A stretch of DNA of 48,128 bases, taken from IMG/VR virus record IMGVR_UViG_2529292716_000011; one strand, 5' to 3'. Each line of letters begins with the position of its first letter. Within the stretch, counting starts at the first letter, position 1. The notes under the pieces are model-generated. The model searched no databases. It had not been told where the DNA came from and saw nothing but the letters and a program-made list of their open reading frames with translations. A program made the translations under genes and the position numbers. Shown piece after piece: positions 47,416 to 48,128 of the stretch. The stretch is from a virus (Duplodnaviria; Heunggongvirae; Uroviricota; Caudoviricetes).

Positions 47416-48128
47416 GGTAATGACTCCAACTTATTGATAGTGTTTTATGTTCAGATAATGCCCGATGACTTTGTCATGCAGCTCCACCGATTTTGAGAAC
47501 GACAGCGACTTCCGTCCCAGCCGTGCCAGGTGCTGCCTCAGATTCAGGTTATGCCGCTCAATTCGCTGCGTATATCGCTTGCTGATTACGTGCAGCTTTC
47601 CCTTCAGGCGGGATTCATACAGCGGCCAGCCATCCGTCATCCATATCACCACGTCAAAGGGTGACAGCAGGCTCATAAGACGCCCCAGCGTCGCCATAGT
47701 GCGTTCACCGAATACGTGCGCAACAACCGTCTTCCGGAGACTGTCATACGCGTAAAACAGCCAGCGCTGGCGCGATTTAGCCCCGACATAGCCCCACTGT
47801 TCGTCCATTTCCGCGCAGACGATGACGTCACTGCCCGGCTGTATGCGCGAGGTTACCGACTGCGGCCTGAGTTTTTTAAGTGACGTAAAATCGTGTTGAG
47901 GCCAACGCCCATAATGCGTGCTGTTGCCCGGCATCCAACGCCATTCATGGCCATATCAATGATTTTCTGGTGCGTACCGGGTTGAGAAGCGGTGTAAGTG
48001 AACTGCAGTTGCCATGTTTTACGGCAGTGAGAGCAGAGATAGCGCTGATGTCCGGCAGTGCTTTTGCCGTTACGCACCACCCCGTCAGTAGCTGAACAGG
48101 AGGGACAGCTGATAGAAACAGAAGCCAC
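47416..48128 (-). mobile_element. IS1 copy 4, cut by the window end
   Basis: End ggtaatgactcc at 47416; insB 47431-47934 and insA 47853-48128 intact; A6C motif intact. Confidence 0.93.

Overview
The window spans the E. coli argW tRNA island. The left flank is core chromosome: a partial upstream ORF, mlaA, yfdC and tRNA-Arg(CCU), followed by a P4-type integrase (intS-like). The island body is a defective lambdoid prophage lying tail-first next to the integrase. Its morphogenetic module is collinear with lambda (tfa, stf, lom pseudogene, J, I, K, L, M, H, G/T, V, U, Z, FII, FI, E, D, C/Nu3, B, W, A, Nu1, cos). This runs into a DLP12/phage-21-like late region (ylcI-like, ybcV-like, KilA-N gene pair, Rz/Rz1, SAR endolysin, pinholin, nmpC-like porin, Q, rusA, ybcO, ninE, ninB). 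No immunity, replication or lambdoid int/xis genes are present; that position holds an AT-rich two-gene cassette and IS elements. The region carries four IS1 copies (one split by IS21, one cut by the window end), one IS2 and IS3-family remnants. The right side has an orphan cscB permease, a perfect 68-bp tandem duplication, an inverted 15-nt copy of the argW 3' end next to a TorI/AlpA-type gene, and two hypothetical genes. The best candidate for an undescribed system is the two-gene cassette at 39968-40769; the inverted att core, the altered cosN and the Fur-box-like palindrome are the other observations most worth checking. All protein identifications are from reading the translations against remembered family sequences; no database search was run.
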